Notes under the pieces: generated by a model
Told to the model about the DNA's origin: nothing
The model's database searches: none
The model's input: the letters and a program-made list of their open reading frames with translations, nothing else
Made by a program: the position numbers and the translations under genes
Shown here: piece after piece, positions 52,201 to 64,000 of the stretch
How the letters are laid out: each line of letters opens with the position of its first letter
Position numbering within the stretch: the first letter of the stretch is position 1
DNA from: Azolla caroliniana
Taxonomy: Eukaryota; Plantae; Polypodiophyta
Direction: 5' to 3'
Length of the DNA stretch: 64,000 bases
Assembly (NCBI GenBank): GCA_043228905.1
Contig: JBHGNT010000015.1
Location: 15,004,001 to 15,068,000 of the forward strand

Positions 52201-55109
52201 TGGGAAATGCAAGACACCCAGCGAATTCATGGATCGCGATTGTAAGCGACAACATCCTTTCTGCGTATTCTGCAAAAGGAAGGGTCATACAAAAGAGCAA
52301 TGTCGAAAGCTCCAACGGAAAGAGCACGACAGCAAAGCTAAAACTGCTGACCATAAAGGTCAGATTCCTAATGTCCTTCAAGTCTATACACATCATTTGA
52401 GTAATTGTCAATGTTCTTTCCCTCACTATGTATTGGGTCCCAATGATTTACTACGTGCAAACGGGTATATCAATGGATCTCCCGTACAATTTTTGTTTGA
52501 TTCGGGAAGCTCACACAACTTTGTGAATGAACGTTTGGTTCAGATATGGGGAATCCAACCCACCGTAAGTGATCACACCTATACGGTGCACTTGGCTGAT
52601 GGAAGAGTACAATACATCAACGGGGTGATTCATTCATTAGGAATTTCTATTGATACTTATATAGAGAAAGTAGACTTCCATGTAATGAATCTTTGTACCA
52701 CTGATGTAATACTGGGTTATCCCTGGTTCTATAATAAAAACTCTTCTTTATCTATTGATTGGGTTAATCATTCAATAAATTTTGTACTAAATGATTGTAC
52801 TCATTTTATTCAATGTGTAAAAAAACAATCCCTCTCGGTTGTTTCCTCTCCATCAATATCCGAGTTGTCTTGTTCTACTCTACTCTCCATCAATATCCGA
52901 GTTGTCTTTATCTATTGATCCGGACATTCACATTTACAATATCGATAATGTCTCGGTTCAATTAACATATTTTGAACAACAACAACAACTTGATGAAATC
53001 GTAAATGATCTTCGTGATGTTTTCCGAGTGGACTACCAGATGGGTTACCACCTAAACGTAATATAGACCATCGTATAGATATTGTACCTAGCGTTGCACC
53101 AATAAGTATTCCTCCTTATTGCTTAAGTCGATCCGAAGAGGATGACGTATCTAAGAAACTCAAGGACTATTTATGAATGGGTTATATACGTTATAGTAAA
53201 TCTCCATGGGGTGCACCAGTTCTCTTGGTTAAAAAGAAAGAGGGCACATGGCGTGTATTAATTACTGACGCTTGAATAAAGTGATGATCAACAATTCGTA
53301 TCCATTGCCCCGGGCTGACGAGCTAATTAACCGTCTCCAGGGAGCTCGGTATTTTACGAAACTTGATCTCCGTACTGGCTACCATCAAATTTGTATAAGT
53401 GAGGACGATATTCCTAAAACGGCATTTCGTACGCGCTATGGCCATTATGAGTAGTTATGCCTTTTGGTTTGACCAATGCTCCAGCTACATTTCAACAAGA
53501 AATGAATGACATTTTCCGAGAAGAACTTGGAAAATTTGTCTTTATTTTCTTGGATGATATTTTAGTTTATAGTCGTACATTACAAGAACATGCTAAACAT
53601 TTCCGCTTTGTTTTACAAACATTGCGTGACAAACAGTTTTATGCGAAGATCTCAAAATGTGAGTTCTTCAAGAAATCAATTACTTATCTTGGACATCTCA
53701 TAACCGAACGAGGAGTTGAAATTGATCCTTCTCACATCGAGAAAATCAAGGTTTGGCCCACTCTTCGAAATATTCGAGAAGTTCGATCATTCCTTGGTTT
53801 TGTTGGGTTTTTGCAAAAAATCCCTTCGTAATTACTCCCAATTGACGACGTCGTTTACTGATCTTCTAAAAGGTCAAACGCGTAAGTCTACAAAACCTAT
53901 TGTCTGGAATGCTTCATTAGACCTCGCCTTTAAGGAACTCAAGGACCTGGTGTGCAAGGCTCCTTCACTTCTTTTACCTGATCCTTCAAAACCTTTTGAG
54001 GTTGAAACCGATGCAAGCGATTATGCTATAGGTGTTGTCTTATATCAAGATGGTAAACCAATAGCATTCGAGAGTAAGAAACTTGATTCTACTCAATGTC
54101 GCTATAGCATTCAAGAAAAGGAATTATTTGCAGTTATACATGTGCTCAAAACATGGTGCCATTATCTTTATGGAAATCGTTTTGTGGTAACTACGGACCA
54201 CGAGTCCTTGAAATATGTTTGTATGGACCAACAAGGCCTGAAAGGTCGTAAGGCACGATGGGCTGATCTCATCCAGGACTTTGATTTTTCCATACGATAT
54301 CGTAAAGGTTCCATGAACACTGTCGTTGATGCACTAAGTCGCATCCGTGAAGTTAACATGCTTAGCTTCACTGAAATAACATCAGATCTTTATGATCACG
54401 TTTGAGGAAAGTATCCTGATGACAGTTATTTTGTGAAATACTAGGCAAGAGTTGAGTCTGGATCAGACACCACCACATCCTTGAAGGAATACTTCCACAT
54501 TGCTAACGGTCTACTCTACCGTAATGGGAAGGTTTGTGTTCCAGATTTGCCTAAGGTCAAAAAGAGAATTCTTTTTTAATGCCATGATGCACCCTTTGCA
54601 GGGCACCCTGGAATACATCGTACACTCGTTCTCATCTCCACTCAATTCTATTGGCCTAAGATGTGCCCTGACATACATAACTATGTGACTAAATGTCACC
54701 AATGTCAGGTTAACAAAGTTGAGCGACTTAAAGCCGCAGGACTTTTACATCCCTTGGACATTCCCAATAATAAGTGGGAAAGTATACCCATGGATTTTAT
54801 TGTTAGCCTTCCTTGCACCAAAAAAAGGTCATGATGTCATCTGGGTTGTGGTTGATAGACTAACTAAAATGGTCAGATTTATTGCTACGAAAACCACAGT
54901 AACAGCTCCTGAATTGGCTTACCAATTCGTTGACTAGTTACTTCATTTTTATGGGTTACCGATGGATATCATGAGTGATCGAGATCCAAAGTTTACTAGT
55001 GACTTTTGGATGCAAGTCTTTAAGAAGTTAGAAACTACATTGAGCATGAGCTCCACGGATCATCCTCAATCCGATGGACAAACAGAACGAGTAAATCAAA
55101 TTATTGAGG
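49268..55109 (+). mobile_element. Chromovirus-type Ty3/Gypsy element, 3'-truncated in integrase (5' LTR 49268-49727, PBS 49730-49741, gag-pol about 51422-55109)
   Basis: PBS TGGTATCAGAGC; [64 protein letters not shown] and SDRDPKFTS..HPQSDGQTERVN in PR-RT-RH-IN order. Confidence 0.92.
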
Positions 55110-55394
55110 AGGGTCGAAGCATGCTACGGTGTACCAACTTTTGGCCAAAAACTTAGTACTAAATTGAGGAAGAAAATAAACATTAAAAATTGAAAATAAA
55201 ACAATTATCATCTATTGAATAGTGTTCAATTTCAAATAACAAATTCATTACGTCACACTCGAATGTACAAAGATAATATACGTCACACTCGAAATGTCCC
55301 AAGGCCGTATTTAATACATTAATTGTAACTTCATTCTCCTAGGTAGAGTTGTACGAAAGCACACCTGGAAAAGGTTTGGAATGTGATACTTGGT

Positions 55395-55449
<55 letters not shown>

Positions 55450-57949
55450 GTCTCGAAGTTGTCAGACAGACAGAGGCAGAAAGTTAGAAAGACGACACAT
55501 ATCTATTACCTATCTCTCTCTTTCTCTCTCTCACTCCACCATTGAATCTCTATTTCTTTCTTTCTTTCTGTTTCTCTCTCACACTCCACCTTCGATTCTC
55601 TGTTTCCCCTCGTAGTTGTTGTTGTGTTCCCCTCTGTGCCAGGTTCGATCTCTGTCTTTGTATATGCAGAGATTTCTGTTTCCCCGGATTGATGTTCTTG
55701 TTGTTGATTTTATTTCCTTGTGTATGCTCGTTTGTCTCCTCTATTAATGCTCGTTTGTCTCCTCTGCAGCAGCCTCGTCAACAACCTCTTGCATATAGGT
55801 GATTTTGAAGGCTTGGTGTGCTCCGAAGGTGTGGTACCTCTGCCTTCGACCTTGGCTCCATCTGCCTCCAACTGGTATGTTATCATTTTCTCTTTGTTTC
55901 CTGTCCGTTTGTTTTTAATTTGTATGTGTATGGGCATTTTTAGGTTTTGATTATTCATAGTCTATGTGTTGCATGCCCAACTGGTTTGTTTTCATTTTCT
56001 CTGTGTTTCCTATCTGTCTGTTTTTAATTTGTATGTGTTTGACATGAATGAGTTTTCTTCCGACTGTTTAGGGTGGTTGTGTGTTTGACATGGTTTGTAC
56101 ATGCAACTTAGATGGAGTTGGCTATGATGAGTTGCTATGTTTTCGTTTTCTCTGTGTTTCCTGTCTGTCTGTTTTTAATTTGTATGTGTTAGACATGGAT
56201 GAGTTTTCTTCCGACTATTTAGGGTTTTTGTGTGTTTGACATGGCTTGTACATGCAATGTGATTACTTGCTATGTGTTGATGGTAATTTGATGAGTTTTA
56301 TTCTAGTACATGCATATTCATTCAACGAGAATAGTGATGACTAGGACAATGACGAGAAGGACACCCATAAAGAAGACATTGATGAAAGAGAAAGTGAAGA
56401 CACCAGTGAAGGAAGGAAAAAGGACACCTCTCAAAGAAAGCAAGAAGACACCCACAAGAGAAAGGGTGATGAATTCATCAACACAGAGAAAGAAGATGTA
56501 CCACTCCATCATTCAAGACACACCTCTCAGATGGAGTTATTTCCTTCGAGCATGACCTGAAGTTTATCCTGAGCTGAGAGAGTGGTTGATAAAAACCTGG
56601 GGGTCAGCACATCCCGATACAAGGCGAGGATTCCACATAAGTGGATTGAAGAGGGAATATGTCAACTTATTGAAGACGAGATATGAACATGTTTATGATA
56701 CAAATCAAATCTGTAACAATGAGGTGAGTATTGTTTTTGCACGTGCATTTGCATGTGAAGTTCAGGGTGGCATCGACGTAGATTGGGAAGATTTTAATCG
56801 GCACCGGTCAGAACATTATAAAGGGTGCTCCAGTACCAACACTGGCTTGAAGCCATCGGGAACCTCTCATGTGGATATTCTGGCTACAACACCTGTCCAC
56901 CAATTTCAATCTACAAAGGTACGGGCCAAAATGACTGAAAAGAATGAACAGATGATGGCCAGTTGCATAGCATCTATGAGCTCAAGAATACAAGCACTAC
57001 TTGCTGATTTGGAAGCAATTAAATCAGTTGAGATACAGGCAGAAAAGAAATTCTCTTCATTAAAGACTACATATGAATGGATTGCATCGACAATCCAAAA
57101 TTCAGAAAGTGAGGTGTTGAAAGAGGAGTTGAAGAAAGAGCTAAACAATATGGGCACTCAATTAGGTTCACAGATGAGAGACCTTGATACTTGCAGGAAT
57201 GCACATTCCAAAATAGATAATAAGTTGTCAACTTTAAAGTTGCATTCCGAGAACCTTGCGTGCTTGATGCAGGATTGAAAAAAAAAAAGTTTTTGAAACT
57301 GTGTCCATCTGTAATTGAGCACCCAAGTGGTATGGAAAGTACCATTAGTAGTATAGCTATATCACTGTATTGGCTTTAAAAGTTATTTATTTCTACTTCT
57401 ATGGTATAAATATCATATTAGCTAATATATTATAACTTGTGTTTGCAATTTGCCAGGTGTATATTTTGTGGCCTCGGATTCAAGCTGGAGGCTATGGATG
57501 TTGTGATTACACCGTTCTTGCACACATATCATGTGTTATGTGCTAAGTATCATTTTGAGAAAGAGAATACATGTATGGACTGTAAAACTACAATTGCGGC
57601 TGAGTGGTACTATGCTTGGGGTTTAAAAGTACACCCGTACGGTATGTGGCTCTACTATTCTATTGTTTGTATTATATGATGTCAATTTACATTTGGATTA
57701 GAACTAGTGTACGCCACAATTCATACTTCAAATTTAGGAGAACAATGGATTAGTATTAGTGTATCTCTAACAACTAATATGTGGAACCCTAATTATGTGG
57801 GTTAGTATTGGCAGTACTCTTAATATATAATTGGTATGTGTAGTTGAAGGGATATTTTCCAGAATTAGTACTAAAAGGGCACCAGGTACATCAACGTCCA
57901 ATCTATATTACAACTTGCCTAGTACTAGTTTAGTAGACACTATACTTGT

Positions 57950-58830
57950 AGTACATTGTTGACTGTTAGTATTGTTTGTGTAACTTGGGAATTAGTACTA
58001 GTTATGTAATTTGGGAACAAGGTGTATAGTAAATTGCTGAATATTAGTTTGTGTATTTTGGAAATGAGGTGTGTCAAACACATATCACGTTTAGTACTAA
58101 TACTGTTCAAGATTAATCCTGTTGGTGTAATTAGTACAAGTTATGTAATTAGGTGTGTAGAACACATATCACGTTTAGTATTACTTGTGTGCAAAATAAC
58201 ACGTTAGTACTAAAATCCAATCTACATTTGTTGGATTAGATGTTAGTCCAATCTATATTACAACGCGCCTAGTACTAGTGTTAGTACACACTATACTTGT
58301 ACATTGTTGACGATTAGTACTTAGCGAGTAGTACATTGTTCATGATTAGTACTAGTTTTGTAAATTGGGAACTAAGTGAGTAGTACATTGCTCATGATTA
58401 GTACTAGTTTTGTAATTTGGGAATTAAGTGAGTAGTACATTGTTCAGGATTAGTACTCCTTGTGTAATTTGGGAACTAAGTGAGTAGTGCATTGTGCATG
58501 ATTAGTACTACTTGTGTAAATTGGGAACTAAGTGAGCAGTACATTGTTCATTATTAGTACTACTTCTGTTCCTTATTAGTACTAGTTCAGTAATTTAGGA
58601 ACTAAGTGAATAGTATATTGTTCAGGATTAGTACATTGTTCATGATTAGTACTATTTGTGTAATTTGGCAACTAAGTGAGTGGTACATTGTTCATGATTA
58701 GTACTCCTTGTGTAATTTGACTAAGTTAGTAGTACATTGTTCATGATTAGTACTACTTGTGTAAATTGGGAACTAAGTGAGTAGTACATTGTTCACGATT
58801 AGTACTAGTTGTGTAATATGGGAACTAGGT
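57950..58830. repeat. Minisatellite with a unit of about 52 bp
   Basis: TTAGTACTAGTTGTGTAATTTGGGAACTAAGTGAGTAGTACATTGTTCATGA repeated about 9 times over 58325-58830, with looser copies upstream. Confidence 0.9.
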
Positions 58831-59946
58831 GTAGCTTAATGAATTAGTAATGCAGCTCTTGTGACCTACATTGTATATTTTATATCACGGTACTAACCTT
58901 GAAGGTTTTTTGGTTTCTTGCAATGAATGTTGTAGTGTCAAGCAACTCCACGCCAGGGAAGGTAATGGAACAACCGGCCCTTGTGCCTAAACCCTCGGTA
59001 TCTGCTGAACATTCCAAGGTTTAGGGACCATCATTACCAATAACCTATGAGTTTTATGATGAAGATGAATGTATGAGAAGGGCCATTGGAGCAGTGGAAC
59101 ATATGCTTCTACAAACAAATTCCCCAAGCTCCAGTCAACATCAAAACAATCCAGGTAACACAAATTTTGCCAACATAGCTTAATTCTCATTTGAGAAAGT
59201 GTTGAATGCCTAATTTCTTTAGAAATAGAGCCAACTAAGAAGAGGAATGTTGCAAGAATATTGTATGGAAAGGGCAAGAAAGGCAAAGTTGAATGCAATG
59301 GTGAGTCATATATGTTCTCACATGTCCGGAGAGTTGTCAACCTAATGCATTGTCTAATACCATGTACTTGTGTTACTAGTTGATGACGAAATGATCTTTG
59401 GTGAGGGAGATACGAGTCCAAAACCTAATCGTGAAGACGAATTTATCACACTCCTAGGTACACGTTAAAAGCCGGTTTTTGAAAACAATGATTTAGATCA
59501 TAACAACCCTATGATAGTGTTGCTTTTGGTGCATTCAATAGATCATAACAACCCTGTTGAGCACTTAGATGTTGTGGAGAAGATGACCGAGCCTACCACT
59601 GGCAATGGAGTATCTACGGTTGTACAGTATGACGATGTAACAATAGGTAAAAAAGTGGCTCTTAACCCTACGTTCATTGTTGTTGGTATGTTTGCAAACT
59701 TTTGAGTATGTGAGTTGATACTAATATTCTTTGGAATGCCATTATTTAGGTTTACAAGAGCAGTCTGATTCCCAATTGCAATCAAGTGAATCGGGAACTA
59801 TATGGAGCACAAGTGCAGAGTCAGATTATGGGATTAACCTATGCATGGAGGCAGACTTTGGAAACACATCTTCCACACATGAGGACTGTGAGAAAAACGA
59901 AGCATTCATATTTGAAGAGCAGCTGGCATGTACAAACAATAATTTG

Positions 59947-60240
59947 TCTAAAGAAGCCCATGAGGAGTGTGGAAAGAATATGGCAAGTACTGAAGAGAAG
60001 ACTGATTGTACTGAGAATGTATCTATAGTGTCTAAAGAATCCCATGAGGATTGTGGAAAGAACATCGCTAGTACTGAAGAGGAGCATGATTGTACTGAGA
60101 ATGTGCTAGTAGTGTCTAAAGAATCCCATGAGGATTGTGGAAAGAACATCGCTAGTACTGAAGAGGAGCATGATTGTACTGAGAATGTGCTAGTAGTGTC
60201 TAAAGAATCCCATGACGATTGTGGAAAGAACATCGTTACT
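59947..60240 (+). repeat. 84-bp (28-aa) in-frame tandem repeat, 3.5 copies
   Basis: SKESHEDCGKNIASTEEEHDCTENVLVV units at 59947, 60031, 60115 and 60199. Confidence 0.93.
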
Positions 60241-60311
60241 AAGGAAGGGGAGCCTACTAGCATCACCCATGAGGACCAGGCAATAAAGACCACCCAAGAA
60301 GGGGAGCACGG

Positions 60312-63300
60312 TGTCGCGAAGATGCGCGTGCGAGTGTGCTTCGCTTGAGCGGGACCACCGGGGTCTTGGACCAAGGAGGATGTCCGTCAAGGTATTGAGA
60401 AGAGGACGATGTGAATGTAAGATTGGAGGAAGACCTATTACACTTGAGAAGATTGAAGATTGTACACTTTCAGAAGTAGATAAATAATTACAAGATAGAT
60501 GCGAAGAAGAAGAAATAGAAGCTTATATTATTGATGGTGATGATGATGGTCATATCATATTGAGCCCCCCCTTACACAAGCCGTACTAGGGGTTTTATAG
60601 GTTTGTCCATGCACAAAACCATGGGCTTGGAGCCATGGTTTCTGTGCACACAGTTTTGCTTTGTGACATGCAGGAAACCATGGGCTTAAAACCGTGGTTT
60701 TGTGTACACGGTTTTGTTCGTTTGTTTCCTACGGAATACTGAATATGAGAAAGAAATATAGAACATCTAAAGCACTTAGTAGTAGCTTTAGTGGTAAGGT
60801 AATTGCCTCTTACCTTAGGGGTGCAAGGTTCAAATCCTACTTGCAACCCTCTAAATGCACTCAATGCCATTGTGACCTAGGTTTATTTATTTTCATTTTT
60901 ACAAGTATTCGTGAAATGTGTGTGGATCCTCAATTTTTGAGTTTTTCTCGCACTAGACATGCCACATCACGACATCCACCCCCACCAAACCGCACATCCT
61001 CCGGTATGTGCCAAGAAGAAAAGAGTGATGTGGAAGGGTCAAAGGTGGTTGGTGTTTGATTTCCTCCTTTCTTGTGCCTCGTCCGCACCGTCTTTTTGTC
61101 GTCTACTTCGAACTGCCGTTGCCATCCGATCCACCATATCATTCGCTTACCTTTTTTATTGCCATGTCTAGTTGTCATGGCTCCCTGTGCTCCTCCCGAA
61201 CATAACGCTTCATGCCTCATGCATGTGCCACCTTCATCTCGGCCATCTCCTTGGTCACTTAACTTTCCTTTATCATCCTTTCTCGTCTCATGCTTGCCTT
61301 TCCTTATGCTCAACAGCCTCGACTAGATGTCGCGGCTCGTTTGCTTCGACCTCTGTCTAGGCCGGCTCAACTTCTGTCGGGATCGGTCTCGACCAATCAA
61401 CTTCTGGCTTGGTCGGCCTTCGTTCGGATTCGCATTCGGCCGAATCGGACTTAGAATGATCGACTTTCGTCCGGGTTAGTTTCCGTCCGGTTTTCAGTTG
61501 GGTCGGGCCTGGTTGATCAACTCTCGTCCGGGTCGGCTTCCATTCGGGTCGGAATACCAACTGAGTCATCTTCCATCCGGATTGTATTCCGGTTCTTCCT
61601 TTCTTGCCACTCTTTGGCTCTTCATCGAACTCTATTGTAGCTTTGTTTTTTACCTCCTTGTTGGCAACCGTTCCTCTGTATGCGCCGGCTTCGACCCTCA
61701 TCTCCTCGCTGCCACCTTCCATCTCTCCGGTCTGATGTTGGCTCTCGGGCACAACTGCAGAAGTCTTCAGAACCGGTGTGGAGGGATCCCTTCGTCTGTG
61801 GTCATCGTCCTCATTACCACTTTGGTCCTTCGATTTCTTGCCGTCACCTTCCGCCTCTCCGGTCTCACGTTGACACTCGGGCACAATTGCCGAAGTCTCA
61901 TGAAGAAATGTGGGGAGAACCTCGACACCATCGGTCACCGTCTTCTCATCCGTAGCCATCTTTCGCTCAATGTTGTTATTCGCATTGTCTTCAATATTTT
62001 CTTCCCCACCACTTTCCGTCTCTTGGGTCTCATGTTGGCTCTCGGACGCAACTGCCCAAGTCTCTAGATCAAGTGTTGGGAAAGTCTCGACACGGTCATC
62101 CGTCGTGAACTCTTCCTTAGCCATCTGCGACTTGATGTCATTTCTCGTGGCTACCGCCTCAATCATGTCGACCTCGCACTCTTTACATCCCTTGATCACG
62201 CAAGCTTCCCTCATGCTTGCACCTTCATTACTCGATATTTCGGACACAACATGTGTTCTGAAATGCTCGTCCACTCTTAAAGCAGCATTTCCCGCTCTCG
62301 AGTCTTCAGCCCTTCTCTCGACCGTCGTTCCTCCATAAGTCGAGAAGGTGGCTTGTTTCACACCTTCTCCCATGGTACTGTCATACCAAACCTGGGCCTT
62401 CGTATTGGCTGCACCATTAGTCTGCATTTGTCGGGAGGTCTCCTCTTTGTCGATCACCATTTTCCTCGGTTTTGTTTTCAGCTTCTCTTGAACCTCGACT
62501 TGTGCCTTTAAGTTCATTATTGCCTCTCTCATCAAGGCTTCTATGTTGAGTTCTTTCAAAGCTTCCCTCTTCGAGCTTTCTTCCTTCAGTGGGTTTTTAT
62601 TGCCACATCCCATTCTCCTTTGAACATCCCTTGTGGGTCGTGTTGTTGTCGATGAGAGTCTCATCTCCTTCTTATCGTGTTGTCGGCATACCCTTTCTAC
62701 TTTGGCCCAATCCTCAGTGAGGCCATTTTCACCATTGTCATCCTCAAGTTGGATTCCAATGGTCTTCCTTTCATTCCGATCGATTGACTTTACAAACATC
62801 AGAACTTTATTCACCCCCACCAATCTTCGATCCCGGTCCGAGAGTTGAGCGAAGCGATACTCAAACTCAACGAATGCATGCATAGCACTCTGGTGGGTCT
62901 TTCTCGATGACACCCATTCGTGAAACTCATACAGACCTCGTCCCTTTTGCTCTTCGTAACCATATGACTCTCGTAAAGCTTCTTTGAAGGACACCCACGA
63001 ATCGTGAGTTTTTTGAATCTCTTTAATCTCTTCGAAGATTGGTTCGGCCACCACTCGACAAAAGTACTCCAGCCTCATTGCTTCCTCCACTCCTCTTGAA
63101 TCCATTTCGGCATTGTAGGCCTTTAGAAATTTTTGGACTTTGCCTCCATCGAAAAACCCGACTCGCTTGATCATGCTTTCGACGGCTTGTTGGGCCGCAT
63201 GTCGTGTTTTCCCTTCTCTTGAAAACTCCATCATCATCTTTGACATTGCCTTCATTAGATATTCCTCGTCCAGCTTCATCCTCCCCTACCGCTCTTCACG

Positions 63301-63979
63301 TCGGGTTCACCAAAAATGTCGCGAAGATGCGCGTGTGAGCGTGCTTCGCTTGAGCGGGACCACCGGGGTCTTGGACCAAGGAGGATGTCCGTCAAGGTAT
63401 TGAGAAGAGGACGATGTGAATGTAAGATTGGAGGAAGACCTATTACACTTGAGAAGATTGAAGATTGTACACTTTCAGAAGTAGATAAATAATTACAAGA
63501 TAGATGCGAAGAAGAAGAAATAGAAGCTTATATTATTGATGGTGATGATGATGGTCATATCATATTGAGCCCCTCCTTACACAAGCCGTACTAGGGGTTT
63601 TATAGGTTTGTCCATGCACAAAACCATGGGCTTGGAGCCATGGTTTCTGTGCACACAGTTTTGCTTTGTGACATGCAGGAAACCATGGGCTTAAAACCGT
63701 GGTTTTGTGTACACGGTTTTGTTCGTTTGTTTCCTACAGAATACTGAATATGAGAAAGAAATATAGAACATCTAAAGCACTTAGTAGTAGCTTTAGTGGT
63801 AAGGTAATTGCCTCTTACCTTAGGGGTGCAAGGTTCAAATCCTACTTGCAACCCTCTACATGCACTCAATGCCATTGTGACCTAGGTTTATTTATTTTCA
63901 TTTTTACAAGTATTCGTGAAATGTGTGTGGATCCTCAATTTTTGAGTTTTTCTCGCACTAGACATGCCACATCACGACA
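60312..63979 (-). mobile_element. D2: young gag-only LTR retroelement (663-bp LTRs 60312-60974 and 63317-63979)
   Basis: TG..CA LTRs with about 5 differences by eye; 4-bp TSD ACGG; PBS TGGTGAACCCGACGTGAA (tRNA-Trp) at 63295-63312; PPT GTTTGGTGGGGGTGGA at 60975-60990. Confidence 0.95.
61357..63279 (-). CDS. Phygy-type Gag capsid-like protein with an acidic repetitive C-terminus (640 aa); no pol
   Basis: Uninterrupted ORF starting 15 nt after the PBS; VGFFDGGKVQKFLKAYNAEM resembles the host gag IGRFGGKDATSYLEACRAEM; no protease, RT or integrase motifs. Confidence 0.85.
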   Translation of the reverse strand: MKLDEEYLMKAMSKMMMEFSREGKTRHAAQQAVESMIKRVGFFDGGKVQKFLKAYNAEMDSRGVEEAMRLEYFCRVVAEPIFEEIKEIQKTHDSWVSFKEALRESYGYEEQKGRGLYEFHEWVSSRKTHQSAMHAFVEFEYRFAQLSDRDRRLVGVNKVLMFVKSIDRNERKTIGIQLEDDNGENGLTEDWAKVERVCRQHDKKEMRLSSTTTRPTRDVQRRMGCGNKNPLKEESSKREALKELNIEALMREAIMNLKAQVEVQEKLKTKPRKMVIDKEETSRQMQTNGAANTKAQVWYDSTMGEGVKQATFSTYGGTTVERRAEDSRAGNAALRVDEHFRTHVVSEISSNEGASMREACVIKGCKECEVDMIEAVATRNDIKSQMAKEEFTTDDRVETFPTLDLETWAVASESQHETQETESGGEENIEDNANNNIERKMATDEKTVTDGVEVLPTFLHETSAIVPECQRETGEAEGDGKKSKDQSGNEDDDHRRRDPSTPVLKTSAVVPESQHQTGEMEGGSEEMRVEAGAYRGTVANKEVKNKATIEFDEEPKSGKKGRTGIQSGWKMTQLVFRPEWKPTRTRVDQPGPTQLKTGRKLTRTKVDHSKSDSAECESERRPTKPEVDWSRPIPTEVEPA

Positions 63980-64000
63980 ACGGTTTACTTAAGAATGAGG

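Larger units (their letters stand above)
56310..60311 (+). pseudogene. Decayed multi-exon gene: acidic region, helical domain, coiled coil, RING-like finger (about 57457-57640) and repetitive exon
   Basis: ORF 56586-57278 (RYEHVYDTNQICNNEVSIVFARAFACE..VDW plus a heptad-rich stretch); CIFC..PFLHTYHVLCA..CMDC; (TC)n promoter-like region at 55397-55445; GT/AG-bounded AT-rich intervals. Confidence 0.55.

Overview
This is eukaryotic, repeat-dense DNA, most likely from a bryophyte or other early land plant (inferred from plant-type tRNA sequences and Phygy-like Gypsy proteins). No intact host gene is evident. Bases 1-4490 are decayed tandem tRNA arrays (Asn, Thr, Asp) interrupted by LTR pieces. Bases 4490-43200 are a deep nest of LTR retrotransposons: a Phygy-like Gypsy host, five Copia elements (one very young), a non-autonomous tRNA-Arg-primed family and gag-only tRNA-Trp-primed elements. 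Bases 43200-64000 hold a LINE, a palindromic minisatellite, two decayed intron-containing TE-like genes (one HHCC zinc motif, one RING finger), a truncated chromovirus-type Gypsy and a young gag-only LTR element. The best candidate for a novel system is an LTR family with no polypurine tract: in two independent copies an inverted copy of the tRNA-Arg primer-binding site sits immediately before the 3' LTR, suggesting tRNA priming of both cDNA strands. All alignments were done by eye and family assignments come from recalled motifs, not database searches.
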